Below are positions 29,111-40,322 of a DNA stretch of 64,000 bases, piece by piece. The stretch spans positions 7,756 through 71,755 of the forward strand of contig NZCN01000010.1 of NCBI GenBank assembly GCA_002688315.1, given 5' to 3'. Both the position numbers and the translations under genes were made by a program. The DNA comes from Candidatus Woesearchaeota archaeon (GTDB taxonomy: Archaea > Nanobdellota > Nanobdellia > Woesearchaeales > UBA10216). Under the pieces are notes generated by a model. It saw nothing but the letters and a program-made list of their open reading frames with translations, searched no databases and was not told where the DNA came from. Every line of letters begins with the position of its first letter. Positions within the stretch are counted from its first letter, which is position 1.

Positions 29111-29578
29111 TTAAGTCAACACCAAATCGAGCGTACTTGGATCACTCATAAACGCTTCTCTTTTTATGTCGTCTATTATGAAATATGTTTCTTGTTTTTT
29201 TATCTTGAATTTAGTCTGCAAAGTTTCTAGAAAGTTTTCTAAGTCCACCATATTTTTGAAAACACCTTCAATAAGATAGTCATATCCATTATTTATCTTA
29301 AAGATAGAATTAATGTTTTGATGCTTTAGCAAAAAATCTGTCAAATCTTTTTTGTGACTAATATTTGCTTGTATTGCAATTTTTGCACGAGTGTTAAAGC
29401 CAAGCTTTGTGAAATCGACTAAGCAAGTATGTTTTCGGATAAGTCTATCTTCATTACGCTTTATTTTTTCATAAATAGTAGAAATCGGAATACGACTTTT
29501 TTTTGCCATATCTGTTAAAGTCTCACGGCAATTCTTTCGTAAATGAGTTATTATCACCAAATCTTTTTTGCTTATCAT
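29111..29578 (-). CDS. Lrp/AsnC family regulator
   Basis: N-terminal HTH, VDF.KLG, RAM domain with GYDY. Confidence 0.9.
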   Translation of the reverse strand: MISKKDLVIITHLRKNCRETLTDMAKKSRIPISTIYEKIKRNEDRLIRKHTCLVDFTKLGFNTRAKIAIQANISHKKDLTDFLLKHQNINSIFKINNGYDYLIEGVFKNMVDLENFLETLQTKFKIKKQETYFIIDDIKREAFMSDPSTLDLVLT

Positions 29579-29723
29579 TTATAACACCTCTCCGATATTC
29601 TTATACTTTTTCTGAAGAATATACAGAACCATAAGATATATAATTTATCCTTAAGACTTATATATTACCTTATAATTATATATTATCGAAATATTTATAT
29701 ATTCTCAACAATTAGCTGTCCAT

Positions 29724-30641
29724 ATGAAGCGAAAAGTAATACAGCTCGCCCACAAAACATTGGTTGTATCGTTGCCAAGCAAATGGGCAAAGACTTATGA
29801 AGTTAAGAAAGGCGCAGAACTGGAAGTAGAAGAAAGAGGGCAGCAAATAATATTCTCTACTAGCAAACATTCAGCATCTGAACGCATACAATTGGACATA
29901 ACAGAGTTAGATATAGATATCTTAAGAAGAAGGTTGCTTTCAAGCTTATATAAGACAGGGTATGATGAAGTTGAATTAATGTATAAAGACACTAAAGTGC
30001 TAAGTGCTATTCAGGAAAATATTAATGACATGCTTATTGGATTTGTTGTAGTTGAACAGGGAAAAAACAGGTGTGTTTTAAGAGTTGTTGCAGAAGAACA
30101 GGAAAAAGAATTTGAAAACATGCTTAGAAGGGCTTTTCTTGTAACAAAAAATCTAGGAGAAAGCTTATACACATATATTAAAGAAGGAAAACTTAACCAA
30201 CTTCACGACTTATTATCTCTTGAAAAAACCAACAATCAATTAATTAATTTCTGTGAAAGGGTTTTAAACAAAAGAGGTTTTAAAGACGACAATAAAAGGT
30301 GTTTTGTTTATGTTGTTGCATGGAATCTTGAAAAAATAGCTGATGATTTCAGAGATTTGTGCAAAATATTAGCTTCAGAGCCAAAATCAAAAGTTAGTAA
30401 GCAGTCTTTAGAGCTGCTTAAAGAAACTACTAATTATTTCACCAAGTATTACGAGATATATTATACATTTGATATCAATAAAGCATCTGAACTGAATAAA
30501 GGAGGGAAGGAATTAGAGAGAAGAATTGTGAATTTATTGAAAATAAGCAAAGGAACAGATACATTACTTTTAACCACACTTAAAGATGTTGTAACTAAAA
30601 CTTCAGATTTTACTGCTTCTTTTATAGCTTTGAATATGTAG
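29724..30641 (+). CDS. AbrB-PhoU family regulator (second paralogue)
   Basis: RKVIQL...VVSLPSKW, Y..GYD, LEKIAD. Confidence 0.85.
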   Translation: MKRKVIQLAHKTLVVSLPSKWAKTYEVKKGAELEVEERGQQIIFSTSKHSASERIQLDITELDIDILRRRLLSSLYKTGYDEVELMYKDTKVLSAIQENINDMLIGFVVVEQGKNRCVLRVVAEEQEKEFENMLRRAFLVTKNLGESLYTYIKEGKLNQLHDLLSLEKTNNQLINFCERVLNKRGFKDDNKRCFVYVVAWNLEKIADDFRDLCKILASEPKSKVSKQSLELLKETTNYFTKYYEIYYTFDINKASELNKGGKELERRIVNLLKISKGTDTLLLTTLKDVVTKTSDFTASFIALNM

Positions 30642-30643
30642 AA

Positions 30644-30841
30644 CTAGAATTTTTTGAATTCAGAAGCTGTTTCCAGCAAGTCAACATGGCCGAGGAAGAT
30701 TGCTCTGCAGCAATATCGCTCTAAGCCTAGCTCATCTAACACTTTTTTGCGCTCTTCGCCTTTTTCCATGCGTTCTTTATAGCTTTCAAATAAGTGTGAT
30801 ATAGGCTTCGAACAGCTCCAGCATCTCATTGGAATTATCAT
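30644..30841 (-). CDS. rpoN: RNA polymerase subunit N (Rpo10)
   Basis: MIIPMRCWSC, RYCCR. Confidence 0.97.
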   Translation of the reverse strand: MIIPMRCWSCSKPISHLFESYKERMEKGEERKKVLDELGLERYCCRAIFLGHVDLLETASEFKKF

Positions 30842-30874
30842 TTTTTATCAAGTGTTTTAGTTGATTATTTAAGT

Positions 30875-31276
30875 TTAACGGTAGCTTTTTTGCCTTGTTG
30901 CCCTGGCTTTTCCATGATGGTTTGGCTTCCTTACTTCCCTTCTTCTAACATCTGCGACAAGTAAGTGCCTGTCATATTCTAAAAAAGTCTTTTCAAGCTT
31001 CTTATCCTTAGTAAATTCTGTCAATGCTTTGGCAATCGCAAGCCTTGCTGCCTCTGCCTGGCTCATTACTCCGCCTCCATAAACTTTCACTGTTATGTTA
31101 ACCTTATTAGCATGATTTTCTGCAAGTATTAATGGTTCTTGTAATTTAAGCTTTGCAATATCAGGCTGATAAAACTCAAGCAATTTGTTATTAATTTTGA
31201 CAATTCCTGTGCCTGGCTTAATTACAGCTCTTGCTACAGCCCGCTTTCTTTTTCCAGATGTAATAAAGTTTTTCAT
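30875..31276 (-). CDS. rps9: 30S ribosomal protein S9
   Basis: GKRKRAVA, GGG, QKSYR. Confidence 0.97.
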   Translation of the reverse strand: MKNFITSGKRKRAVARAVIKPGTGIVKINNKLLEFYQPDIAKLKLQEPLILAENHANKVNITVKVYGGGVMSQAEAARLAIAKALTEFTKDKKLEKTFLEYDRHLLVADVRRREVRKPNHHGKARATRQKSYR

Positions 31277-31677
31277 TTTCCTCCAAGATGCATGCAAAGC
31301 TCGCCTACAGTAATGTAACGCTTTGTGATTTTTTGAAGCTGCGCTTTTTTTAAACTCTCTGCTTTTTCTAAATTATCCGGAACACCAATGTAGCACTTAA
31401 TTCTGGAAAATGCCTGCCTGCCTTTATATTGCTTGCGAGGAAGCATTCCTCTGATAGTTCTTCTTACAAACAAATCAGGTCTTCTTTGAATAAAAGGACC
31501 TTGCTGCGGTTGACCAAGTTCAAGCCTGCTTAAATAGTGCTTAAGGATGCTTTGCTTATCCCCAGTTATTATCGCTTTCTCAGCATTAACTATCTTAACA
31601 TCTTCCCCAAGCAAAGCCTGCCTTGCAGCAATAACTGCCATTCTTCCTAAAACCAGCTTTTCTGCGTTAATTATCAT
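31273..31677 (-). CDS. rpl13: 50S ribosomal protein L13
   Basis: LGR, NAEKA, RTIRGMLP. Confidence 0.97.
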   Translation of the reverse strand: MIINAEKLVLGRMAVIAARQALLGEDVKIVNAEKAIITGDKQSILKHYLSRLELGQPQQGPFIQRRPDLFVRRTIRGMLPRKQYKGRQAFSRIKCYIGVPDNLEKAESLKKAQLQKITKRYITVGELCMHLGGK

Positions 31678-31678
31678 G

Positions 31679-32038
31679 TTAACCAAAAATCCTCACGCGT
31701 TTTCCTTTGATATCGTCATTAATAAGCTCTGATATCTGCAATGCCTTTGACTTTGACTTTTCAATCTTATCAATAGCCTGTTCGGAAAATTGCCAGGCTG
31801 CAATTGTAACAACATGGTCAAGTTCGCCAGTAGCCAATACTTTTCCTGGAACGACAATAGTTTCACCGTCTTTAGTGTATCTGTTTATTTTGGAAAGGTT
31901 AACAACTCGGCGCTGCCTTGTAGGCTTTCTTAAATCATTAGCTAATCTTAATAGGAGTTTGGAGCTATCTTTATGCCCCTTATTTTTTAAGTCTTCAGTA
32001 AGACTTTTCAATTGTTCATTTATTGGTCCAGTTCTCAT
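31679..32038 (-). CDS. rpl18e: 50S ribosomal protein L18e
   Basis: VNLSKI, VVPGKVL. Confidence 0.95.
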   Translation of the reverse strand: MRTGPINEQLKSLTEDLKNKGHKDSSKLLLRLANDLRKPTRQRRVVNLSKINRYTKDGETIVVPGKVLATGELDHVVTIAAWQFSEQAIDKIEKSKSKALQISELINDDIKGKRVRIFG

Positions 32039-32053
32039 TTTTTATGTAAACTA

Positions 32054-32139
32054 TGCGGGGGACGTGATTCGAACACGCGCATCCACTAAGGAACTACCCC
32101 CTCAAGGTAGCGCATTTGACCAGGCTCTGCCACCCCCGC
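32054..32139 (-). tRNA. tRNA-Leu(GAG)
   Basis: GCGGGGG/CCCCCGC acceptor stem, CTACC-TTGAGGG-GGTAG anticodon arm, long variable arm, TTCGAAT; no encoded CCA. Confidence 0.95.
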
Positions 32140-32168
32140 ATGAATGAACATGAAGTAGGTCGCCTAGC

Positions 32169-32954
32169 TTACTTGATTAGTTTCTGAAATTCTATGAGTT
32201 GTGATTCGAATGTTTCCGTTGCTTTTTCCAGTGTTTCACGACAGCTTAGTTGACCGAATGATTCAAGGTAAAATATGAAGTCATCTGTTTCCTCAATTTT
32301 TGCTTCGCCGTTTGAGGCTTCTTCAATAGTTCCTGCCAAATCATATTTCATCAGGAGTGCTTGATTAGCAACAAGTTTTCCGTTCTTAACTTCGAAAACT
32401 CCAGGCGGGCATGCTTGCGCAACTTTCTCCGGGTTTTTAACATTGCCTGCGTTTAATACAGGCTTGTTTTTGTAGTAAATATGACCTGGAGCCCATTTAG
32501 AATGCTGCTTTCCAGTTCCAAGAACAGCAGTTGCTTCAATCTCAAGTTTTTGTCCTTTCAAAAGCTTAGTTATTTGCATTCCAGGGAAGACTGGCTTTAT
32601 TTTTGGGTCTTTTGATTTAAAATCAGAAGCATAAACAGTAGCAGGGCCTTCCACTTTAAGCGTTAGTTTTACCTGGCAACTTGCACAGCCTTCTCCTTTA
32701 CATTTGCAGTCTTCAGAAATGTTATAACCTTTAAGATCTGTTGTTAAAGGAATCAACCCGATACGGTGTGCAATCATTTCATCATAAAGTATTGAATTAT
32801 TTTTCCTTATTTCCAAATCTTCAATCGCCATTGTTGGAACATCCCGAAGAACAGATCTTCTAAGTGAATTGGCAAATGCTGAGTCTGCTCCCTTTAGTAC
32901 AAAAGAAAGCTTATTATTTTTTACATCAGATTCCAAAATTTCGATAGTCATCAT
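32169..32954 (-). CDS. rpoD: RNA polymerase subunit D (Rpo3)
   Basis: [28 protein letters not shown]. Confidence 0.97.
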   Translation of the reverse strand: MMTIEILESDVKNNKLSFVLKGADSAFANSLRRSVLRDVPTMAIEDLEIRKNNSILYDEMIAHRIGLIPLTTDLKGYNISEDCKCKGEGCASCQVKLTLKVEGPATVYASDFKSKDPKIKPVFPGMQITKLLKGQKLEIEATAVLGTGKQHSKWAPGHIYYKNKPVLNAGNVKNPEKVAQACPPGVFEVKNGKLVANQALLMKYDLAGTIEEASNGEAKIEETDDFIFYLESFGQLSCRETLEKATETFESQLIEFQKLIK

Positions 32955-33349
32955 ACTCTTCTACCCCGCTTTCCGCCTTTTTTTCTGCAGCTATCATGAG
33001 GAATTGGAGTTACGTCTTCTATTATACCAATGCGCAATCCCATCCTTGATAAAGCACGAACAGCTGCCTGCGCCCCAGGACCTGGATTACTTGGGCCATT
33101 ATGCCCGCCTGGAGCTCTAATCTTAACGTGTATCCCTCTTATGTTTTTTTCCATAGCGCCTTCTGCAGCTTTTTTTGCTGCAGCCATAGCAGCAGTTGGA
33201 GAAGACTCCATTCTATCAGACTTAACAACCATCCCGCCGCTAGCTTTTGCGATTGTTTCCCTGCCTGTAATATCTGTAATATGAATTATTGTATTGTTAT
33301 AAGAAGAGTATATGTGTGCAACGCCCCATCTAACATCATTACTCGGCAT
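32951..33349 (-). CDS. rps11: 30S ribosomal protein S11
   Basis: [25 protein letters not shown]. Confidence 0.98.
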   Translation of the reverse strand: MPSNDVRWGVAHIYSSYNNTIIHITDITGRETIAKASGGMVVKSDRMESSPTAAMAAAKKAAEGAMEKNIRGIHVKIRAPGGHNGPSNPGPGAQAAVRALSRMGLRIGIIEDVTPIPHDSCRKKGGKRGRRV

Positions 33350-33881
33350 CTGGAACCTCTGTTACTTCTTTTATAACTCTTTCCGGATGATCTGGTTTTG
33401 AAAGAGCAGAATTTTCTACAAATGTAACTTGTTCTTCCAAAACTAAAGGAACTAAATAAGAAGGTGAAGTGATTATTTTATCACCAATCTTAATGTGCCT
33501 ATGAGAAATAAATTGCCTTGATTGACTAATTGAATGGGAAAATTTTTTCTTAAACACAACAGTTTGAAGACGTCTAACAAGAAAATCTTTAACAGTAAGC
33601 CCTAAAACTTCATCAAGTGAAGCTTCCTTTGTTATTACACCAAGTGAGACTAGTTTGTCTAGAAGTTGCTTTTTTTCTATTTCTGCCTGTTCTCCTCTTA
33701 GAGCGATAAGGCGTTTTGCCTGAGCTGTGAATTTTCTAAGTAAAGAAGTGGTTCTCCAATACTCCTGTTTGTTCTTGAGACCAAACTCTTTCATAAACGG
33801 ACTTTCTTCATCAAGCCTTTCTTTATTCCAGAGTTTAAGCGGTCTTGAATACTTCTTTTTTGGAAATCTTGGACTACCCAT
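33339..33881 (-). CDS. rps4: 30S ribosomal protein S4
   Basis: GLKNK, RRLQT, RQFI.H.HI, PSYLV. Confidence 0.96.
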   Translation of the reverse strand: MGSPRFPKKKYSRPLKLWNKERLDEESPFMKEFGLKNKQEYWRTTSLLRKFTAQAKRLIALRGEQAEIEKKQLLDKLVSLGVITKEASLDEVLGLTVKDFLVRRLQTVVFKKKFSHSISQSRQFISHRHIKIGDKIITSPSYLVPLVLEEQVTFVENSALSKPDHPERVIKEVTEVPDAE

Positions 33882-33886
33882 TTACA

Positions 33887-34393
33887 TCACTTTTTCTTAT
33901 CATCCTGTGGTTTTTTCGGTACTGCCTTAGATTTTGCAACGCCAAGCACTTTTCCTTTATTCTTTCTGAAATTTGATCTTGTGCGCTGGCCACGAACAGG
34001 ACTGTTTGACATATGTCTAACGCCACGATAGCTTTTGATTTTCTGCATCTGTCTTACGTCGTTTTCCTGAGCGTAAGAAAGGTCAGTGGTTACTAAATGA
34101 ACTGAAGAGTTATCTTCAATATTTTTTCGTCTATTAAGAAGCCATTGAGGAAATTTTGAATGAGCTGTTTTTATCACTTCTTCAACTTTCTTTATGTCTG
34201 AATCAGACATATCGCCTAAACGCTTTGTTTTTTCAAGCTGAGAAGCATCGCAAACCGCATTTGCAAAAGTAAAACTTATTCCTTTGATTTTTCTCAGGCT
34301 ATCTATTAACTTTTTATTCCCATCCAAGTCAGCGTTACTAATTCTGACTATGTGCTTGAAATCTTCGCCAGGTTTTTCTGTTGGTTTTTCCAT
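33887..34393 (-). CDS. rps13: 30S ribosomal protein S13
   Basis: IKGI, WLLNRR, YRG.RH, PVRGQRTRSN. Confidence 0.96.
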   Translation of the reverse strand: MEKPTEKPGEDFKHIVRISNADLDGNKKLIDSLRKIKGISFTFANAVCDASQLEKTKRLGDMSDSDIKKVEEVIKTAHSKFPQWLLNRRKNIEDNSSVHLVTTDLSYAQENDVRQMQKIKSYRGVRHMSNSPVRGQRTRSNFRKNKGKVLGVAKSKAVPKKPQDDKKK

Positions 34394-34508
34394 ATTAAAC
34401 GGACCCGAAAACATAGCTAGAATACTTTCTAACCCTAACAACGCCGTTAGACTCGGGCTTATATAGACGAGGATTTCAAGGTTGTTTATAAATGTTGCTT
34501 TTTAAGCC

Positions 34509-35537
34509 CTAATTTGCAGCAATCCGCGAACTTGCAACTTCCTTCGAATCTACTGCCTGTTCGCCACTTTTTTCGTTTTTTATGCTTTGAGAGATTTTTT
34601 TAAGGTGTGTCAATGGGCATCTCTGGCATCTGTTACCGATAGTACCAACATAATCCTTGTTATTAAAAATAAAGGTAATCTCACACATGTTACTACAGCC
34701 ATCTCCAATGATAGTTTTGGTCTGTAATTCAGCTTCTGCCAGTTCAAAGCCTTTAAAATTAGACTTTTTCGGCTTGTTTTCTTGAACTAAGAGTGCAGCA
34801 CCATAAGCGCCCATAAAACTGCACATTTCAGGAACAAAAACTTTCTCGTCCAGTTCTTTCTCAAAAGCAACAACTAATGCTTTATTCTGAGCAGTAGCTC
34901 CCTGAAAAACAAAAGGCGGCTTTAAATCTTTGCCTTTGCCAAGCATTGTTAAAAAATTTCCAATCAAACCTTTACAAACACCAGCTAAAATATCCTCCCT
35001 CGACATGCCTTTATTAAGCTTACTAACCACCGCGCTCTGCGCAAAAATTCCACATTTGGAAGGAACACTAACTTCATTTTTGCTTTTTAAAGCTAAATCT
35101 CCAACATCTTCAATAGCAATGCCCATACGATTAGCAATGGCTTCAATCATACTACCAGTACCTCCACCACAAGCCTGATTCATCATAAAATTTTCAATCT
35201 CGCCATTTTTCACAATAATAAGCTTACTATCCTCACCGCCAATATCAAAAATAGTTCTAACATCACGAAACTGCTTAATAGAAGCAACAGCATGGCTCAT
35301 TATTTCACTTTCCAAAACATCCCCTCCAACAAGCAAGTTAACAAATTCCTTGCCGCTGCCAGTAATACCAACACCATCAATCACTCCGTCAAATTTTAGA
35401 TTCTTCATGACTTCTTTAACAGTCGATATCACGCCTTTGTTCTTGGTATAATAAGACTTAACAATCGCGCCTTTGTCGTCTATAATCACTGCTTTAAAGC
35501 TAACACTGCCAATATCCATACCTATAAAAAAAGTCAT
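34509..35537 (-). CDS. Acyl-CoA dehydratase activase (HgdC/BadF-like ATPase, 4Fe-4S)
   Basis: GMDIGS, TGSG, DIGGEDSK, MNQACGGGTG, KCGIFAQS. Confidence 0.88.
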   Translation of the reverse strand: MTFFIGMDIGSVSFKAVIIDDKGAIVKSYYTKNKGVISTVKEVMKNLKFDGVIDGVGITGSGKEFVNLLVGGDVLESEIMSHAVASIKQFRDVRTIFDIGGEDSKLIIVKNGEIENFMMNQACGGGTGSMIEAIANRMGIAIEDVGDLALKSKNEVSVPSKCGIFAQSAVVSKLNKGMSREDILAGVCKGLIGNFLTMLGKGKDLKPPFVFQGATAQNKALVVAFEKELDEKVFVPEMCSFMGAYGAALLVQENKPKKSNFKGFELAEAELQTKTIIGDGCSNMCEITFIFNNKDYVGTIGNRCQRCPLTHLKKISQSIKNEKSGEQAVDSKEVASSRIAAN

Positions 35538-36454
35538 GACACACGCCTCTTTTTTCGTCTTTTTAATAAACTTACAAAAGTTTCAATTCTAGTATCAAAC
35601 CCAACCTCAAACTGGTTTTCATCTATCGGAAAACTATATAATGGCACGTCATACTTTCTACAAACACGATCAATAAGCATTTCAATTAAGCACTCAGGCG
35701 CACAGCTTAAAGGAAGTAAATGAATCACTCCGTCGTAACCCTGCTTACAATGATCTATAGTATCCCATAACGTATGCTTACCGTGACCTGCAATGTCAGA
35801 ACTTAAATACTCCTTCGCTTCTTTTTTAAAAGGCGTATATTCATCCTTGCTGAAAGGAATAATATGTTTTATAAAATCTGAAAGCAGCAAAGATACTTTA
35901 ACGCCAACACCCATTTTTTCAAGTTTTTTAATTATATCATAATTGATTTTGTTTTCGTGAATAGTAAAGATTTCTCCAACAAGAACCACTTTTATTTCTG
36001 CTTTTTCAGGGTTTCCATAATGAATTCTTTCAACTTCTTTTATTTTTTTCCAATGCTTACGAGCTATCATTAACGCTTTAAGCCGATTACATCCTGTGCT
36101 TTTTAAAAAGGGAAAAATAGTTTTTGCCGATATCACATGCATCTTAAATTTGTATCCTAAATCTTCCAGTATTTGCTTTTGAGTGAAATGATAGTTAGTA
36201 TAACGGCAGGTACCTGCACTATCAAACATTAACAAATCAGTAGCACCAGCTTCCAAAGCTTCGATATGACTGCCTAAAGTAACTTTGAAAGGAAAACAAA
36301 TCATATCGCTACTATGCCTAACGCCAAGCTTAATGGTCTTTTGCGTTATAGGCGGAGGCAAGACATAATTTATTCCTAATTCTGTAAAGAAGTCTTTAAC
36401 TAAATCGGTATATATCCCCATTCTTGGTGAAGAAAAAATGCGTTTATTTGTCAT
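35534..36454 (-). CDS. 2-hydroxyacyl-CoA dehydratase-related protein
   Basis: CFPFKVTLG, GTCRY, VGEIF, PLSCAPE, TRIETF. Confidence 0.75.
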   Translation of the reverse strand: MTNKRIFSSPRMGIYTDLVKDFFTELGINYVLPPPITQKTIKLGVRHSSDMICFPFKVTLGSHIEALEAGATDLLMFDSAGTCRYTNYHFTQKQILEDLGYKFKMHVISAKTIFPFLKSTGCNRLKALMIARKHWKKIKEVERIHYGNPEKAEIKVVLVGEIFTIHENKINYDIIKKLEKMGVGVKVSLLLSDFIKHIIPFSKDEYTPFKKEAKEYLSSDIAGHGKHTLWDTIDHCKQGYDGVIHLLPLSCAPECLIEMLIDRVCRKYDVPLYSFPIDENQFEVGFDTRIETFVSLLKRRKKRRVS

Positions 36455-36539
36455 ATTGCATCAGCTTTCAATTATGTTTTCAATTCTATTTAAACCAATA
36501 GCTAGTTGGATTCGTCACTTATTTTTTAAAGCTTATTAT

Positions 36540-36884
36540 TTATAAACCAGAACTATTTTTCAACTGCATAATAGCAGCAGCCAAGTCTCCATTAGCAGCT
36601 TCTAAAGCTTCTTTTGCTTTTTCCTCAGAAACACTTGCTTGCTCAGAAACAGTTTTTACATCATCTTCAGAAATTTCAACAGCAGCAGAACGCTCTTCTA
36701 CATTGCCGGTTATCTGAAAGCTGTCATTGCCCATCATGTTAACCTTAACAACTTTAGGATTAGTGATTACAATGTCTTTTCCTTCACTCTTTATAATAAC
36801 TTCAGAAGCAGCGATATCTTCCTGCTTAATGCCCATCTTCTTCATGGCCTGCTCTACTGCTTTAGGATTCATTCCAGGAATCAT
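36540..36884 (-). CDS. nac: Nascent polypeptide-associated complex protein
   Basis: MIPGMNP, MKKMGI, C-terminal UBA-like GDLAAAI. Confidence 0.95.
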   Translation of the reverse strand: MIPGMNPKAVEQAMKKMGIKQEDIAASEVIIKSEGKDIVITNPKVVKVNMMGNDSFQITGNVEERSAAVEISEDDVKTVSEQASVSEEKAKEALEAANGDLAAAIMQLKNSSGL

Positions 36885-36886
36885 TT

Positions 36887-37045
36887 TTATCCAAAATTGT
36901 GCAAGAATACTTCGATAGCTATGATTGCAACAGCTAATACTATGACGTGGCTAGGCTTAATCTGAATCCTGCTCTTGTATTCATCATAATACCTTACTAA
37001 GCCTCCTTGCGAAGAAGGAAGCATCATCTTTTGATCTTGTGGCAT
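36887..37045 (-). CDS. secG: Preprotein translocase subunit Sec61beta
   Basis: Manual translation: MPQDQKMMLPSSQGGLVRYYDEYKSRIQIKP plus one TM. Confidence 0.9.
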   Translation of the reverse strand: MPQDQKMMLPSSQGGLVRYYDEYKSRIQIKPSHVIVLAVAIIAIEVFLHNFG

Positions 37046-37138
37046 ATTGAATGATAGAAAGAAAGCAGTATATTAAAAGGTTTGGGTTGAGGTAGTGGTA
37101 GCAATCTTTAAATACCATTCAAGGTTCTTTTGACAGTT

Positions 37139-39832
37139 ATGGAAGAAGTTGACTTCAATAAGATAGCAGCAAAGTGGCAGAAGAAGTGGGAAGAGAAGAA
37201 AATCTTCAAAGTTAAGGTTGACTCTAAGAAAAAGAAGTATTACTGCCTTGAGATGTACCCGTATCCGAGTGGACAGGGCTTACATATGGGCCATGTAAGA
37301 AACTACGCTATGGGGGATTCTTATGCACGCTATAAACGAATGCGTGGTTTTAACGTTTTATATCCAATGGGGTATGATGCTTTTGGAATGCCTGCAGAAA
37401 ACGCTGCTATAAAAAACAAAATTAATCCCAGAAAGTGGACAGAAGATAACATGGCTTTGATGAAGTCGCAGCAAAAGCTTCTTGGATTAAGCTATGATTG
37501 GGACAGAGAGCTAGCATCATGCAATCCTGAATATTACAAATGGAATCAATGGATATTTCTTAAGCTGCTTGAAAGAGGATTAGCTTATAAGAAAAAATCG
37601 CCTGTTAACTGGTGTGAGGATTGCGGAACTGTTCTTGCAAATGAACAGGTTGAAGACGGAGCTTGCTGGAGATGCAAGAATCCTGTAAGCGAGAAAGAAC
37701 TAGAGCAATGGTTCTTTAAGATAACAAATTATGCAGATGAGTTATTGAAAGGGCTTGATGATGTAAAAGATTGGGCTGAACGCGTTAAAACAATGCAGAG
37801 AAACTGGATTGGAAAGAGTGAGGGAACTGAAATATTTTTTCCAATAGAGAAATCCAAAGAAGCTATTCCTGCATTCACCACAAGGCCGGATACTGTTTTT
37901 TCAGTTACTTTTATCGCACTTGCTCCTGAACATCCGCTTGTTGAAAAAGTGACAAAAGGAACAAAATATGAAAAAGAAGCTAAGAAATTTGTTGAAAAAG
38001 TGAAAAGAGAATCTGTAATTGACAGAATAAACGAAGAAAAGGAAAAAGAAGGATTCTTTACAGGAAAATATGCTATTAATCCTGCCTCTGGAGAGCGAAT
38101 ACAAATCTGGATAGCAAACTTTGCAGTTATGGACTACGGAACAGGAGCTGTAATGTGTGATGCGCATGACAAACGAGATTTTAGGTTTGCAAAAAAATAT
38201 GACATACCGCTAAAAGTAGTGATTAAGCCAGCAAATGTTAAGAAATTCAGAGTGGAAGATTTGAAAGAAGCCCATACAGATGATGGGATAATGATTAATT
38301 CTGATCAGTTTAATGGGATGCATAATAGAAAAGCTTTGCCGAAAATATCTGCTTGGCTAGTGAAAAATAACAAAGGCAAGAAAGTTGTCAATTTCAAACT
38401 CCGCGACTGGCTGATTTCCAGACAGCGTTACTGGGGAACGCCAATACCGGTTATCAACTGCAAGAAGTGCGGAATTGTTGGAATTCCTGAAAAAGACTTG
38501 CCTGTTAAGCTTCCTCCTCCTGAAAAGGTTAAGTTTACTGGCGAAGGAAATCCGCTTGAAAGCTCTGAAGAATTTGTTAATGTTAAATGCCCAAAATGCA
38601 AGAGCGCTGCAACGCGTGAAACTGATACAATGGACACTTTTGTTGACAGCAGCTGGTATTTCTTCAGGTATTGCAGTCCTAAAGAAGACAAAAAGCCGTT
38701 TGATGATGAAGTTGAGTATTGGATGCCTGTTGACCAGTACATTGGAGGAATAGAGCATGCAATTCTTCATCTGTTGTATGCAAGATTTTTCACAAAAGCT
38801 TTGAGAGATATTGGATTAACAACAGTGGATGAGCCTTTCAGCAATTTGCTAAATCAAGGAATGGTTTTGAAAGATGGAATGGTTATGAGCAAAAGCAAAG
38901 GAAATATTGTTGACCCTCGTGAAATAATTGACAAGTATGGTGCTGATACTGCAAGACTGTTTATTTTATTTGTTGCACTGCCTGAGAAAGAGTTTGAGTG
39001 GAGCGATAAAGGAGCTGAAGGAAGCTATAGGCTTCTAAAAAGAGTTTATTATTTAGCAACTGAAAAACCAAAGTACAAAAAAACTGTTGACAATAAAGAC
39101 AAACACATCTTAAGCAAGACACATCAAACAATAAAGCAAGTTACTGAATCTTATGAAGAATTAAAACCAAGCGTTGCTATTGGAAAAATTATTGAACTGG
39201 TAAATCACATTTACAAGTACCGGGAAGCTTCTGTTAACAAAAAAGTGTATGAAGAAGCGGTAAAGAATTTGACTTTGCTAATTGCGCCTTTTGCACCGCA
39301 TTTAGCTGAAGAAGTTTGGGAAAAACTTGGAAACAAAAAGATGGTTAGCTTGGAAAGCTGGCCTGAATACGATCAAAGCAGGATAGACAAAGAAGCTGAA
39401 TTTGCTGACGAGCTTGTTCATAATGTTTTGAGTGATGTTGAAAAAATCATTGAACTTGCAGGAATAAAAGAACCTAAGAAAATAACATTGATAATTGCAG
39501 CAGACTGGAAATATACTTTGCTAAAAACATTGGTAACTGCTATGAAAGACACAAGAGATACAAAAGCAGTTATTGGAACTTGCATGGATGAGAGAAAAGT
39601 AAAAGCATATGCAAAATATGCTGTAAAAATAATACAAGCTCTTCTAAAAGACAACTCCAAAATCCCAAAGATTCTTCTAGAAGAGAAAAAAGAGTTGGAA
39701 TCTTACAAAGCAGCTATTGAAACCATAGAAAAAGAGTATGGAACCAAAGCTGAAATAATATCTGAAAAAGAAACAGAAAACGCAAAGGCAAAACAGGCGC
39801 TGCCTGGAAAGCCAGCAATAGTTGTAGAGTGA
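37139..39832 (+). CDS. leuS: Leucine--tRNA ligase (bacterial-type core)
   Basis: MYPYPSG..LHMGH, FTTRPDT, SRQRYWG, GGIEHA, VMSKS. Confidence 0.96.
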   Translation: MEEVDFNKIAAKWQKKWEEKKIFKVKVDSKKKKYYCLEMYPYPSGQGLHMGHVRNYAMGDSYARYKRMRGFNVLYPMGYDAFGMPAENAAIKNKINPRKWTEDNMALMKSQQKLLGLSYDWDRELASCNPEYYKWNQWIFLKLLERGLAYKKKSPVNWCEDCGTVLANEQVEDGACWRCKNPVSEKELEQWFFKITNYADELLKGLDDVKDWAERVKTMQRNWIGKSEGTEIFFPIEKSKEAIPAFTTRPDTVFSVTFIALAPEHPLVEKVTKGTKYEKEAKKFVEKVKRESVIDRINEEKEKEGFFTGKYAINPASGERIQIWIANFAVMDYGTGAVMCDAHDKRDFRFAKKYDIPLKVVIKPANVKKFRVEDLKEAHTDDGIMINSDQFNGMHNRKALPKISAWLVKNNKGKKVVNFKLRDWLISRQRYWGTPIPVINCKKCGIVGIPEKDLPVKLPPPEKVKFTGEGNPLESSEEFVNVKCPKCKSAATRETDTMDTFVDSSWYFFRYCSPKEDKKPFDDEVEYWMPVDQYIGGIEHAILHLLYARFFTKALRDIGLTTVDEPFSNLLNQGMVLKDGMVMSKSKGNIVDPREIIDKYGADTARLFILFVALPEKEFEWSDKGAEGSYRLLKRVYYLATEKPKYKKTVDNKDKHILSKTHQTIKQVTESYEELKPSVAIGKIIELVNHIYKYREASVNKKVYEEAVKNLTLLIAPFAPHLAEEVWEKLGNKKMVSLESWPEYDQSRIDKEAEFADELVHNVLSDVEKIIELAGIKEPKKITLIIAADWKYTLLKTLVTAMKDTRDTKAVIGTCMDERKVKAYAKYAVKIIQALLKDNSKIPKILLEEKKELESYKAAIETIEKEYGTKAEIISEKETENAKAKQALPGKPAIVVE

Positions 39833-40320
39833 ATCTCATGCACGAAATGAGTTGGAAAGATGTTTATTTGTTTACTTCTGATGATTCAACACTAGCTAAA
39901 TTCTTATTTCCAAAACTTTTTCAAGCAACGTCTATACAAGAAATGAAGAATTACTGTTCCATTAGAAACAGAAGAGAATTGTTTATGCTGGATGTAACAG
40001 TTGCTGGAAATGGCGATAATATTACACTTGTTGACAAAACAAGCGATATAGAAGCTTATGTTAATCGTAGAGATACGATTGACGAAAAGACATTTGAAGC
40101 TGCAAAAGAATTAAGTATAGGAAGAAATTTAACTGTGATAGGGATGTATGGTTCAGGAGAAAAGGCATTATATTTGCCGATTCGTATTAATGGGGCACTT
40201 GCAGCATTACCATTTAATAGAGTAGTAGCAGAGAGAGGCAAACTTAATATATTATATGTTCTACCTGAGGAAATAAAAGAAACAACAGGAGAAAGTTTAC
40301 CATTCCCTGTAATGATTTGA
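39829..40320 (+). CDS. Hypothetical protein
   Basis: Overlaps leuS and nadK by 4 nt each. Confidence 0.6.
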   Translation: MNLMHEMSWKDVYLFTSDDSTLAKFLFPKLFQATSIQEMKNYCSIRNRRELFMLDVTVAGNGDNITLVDKTSDIEAYVNRRDTIDEKTFEAAKELSIGRNLTVIGMYGSGEKALYLPIRINGALAALPFNRVVAERGKLNILYVLPEEIKETTGESLPFPVMI

Positions 40321-40322
40321 AA

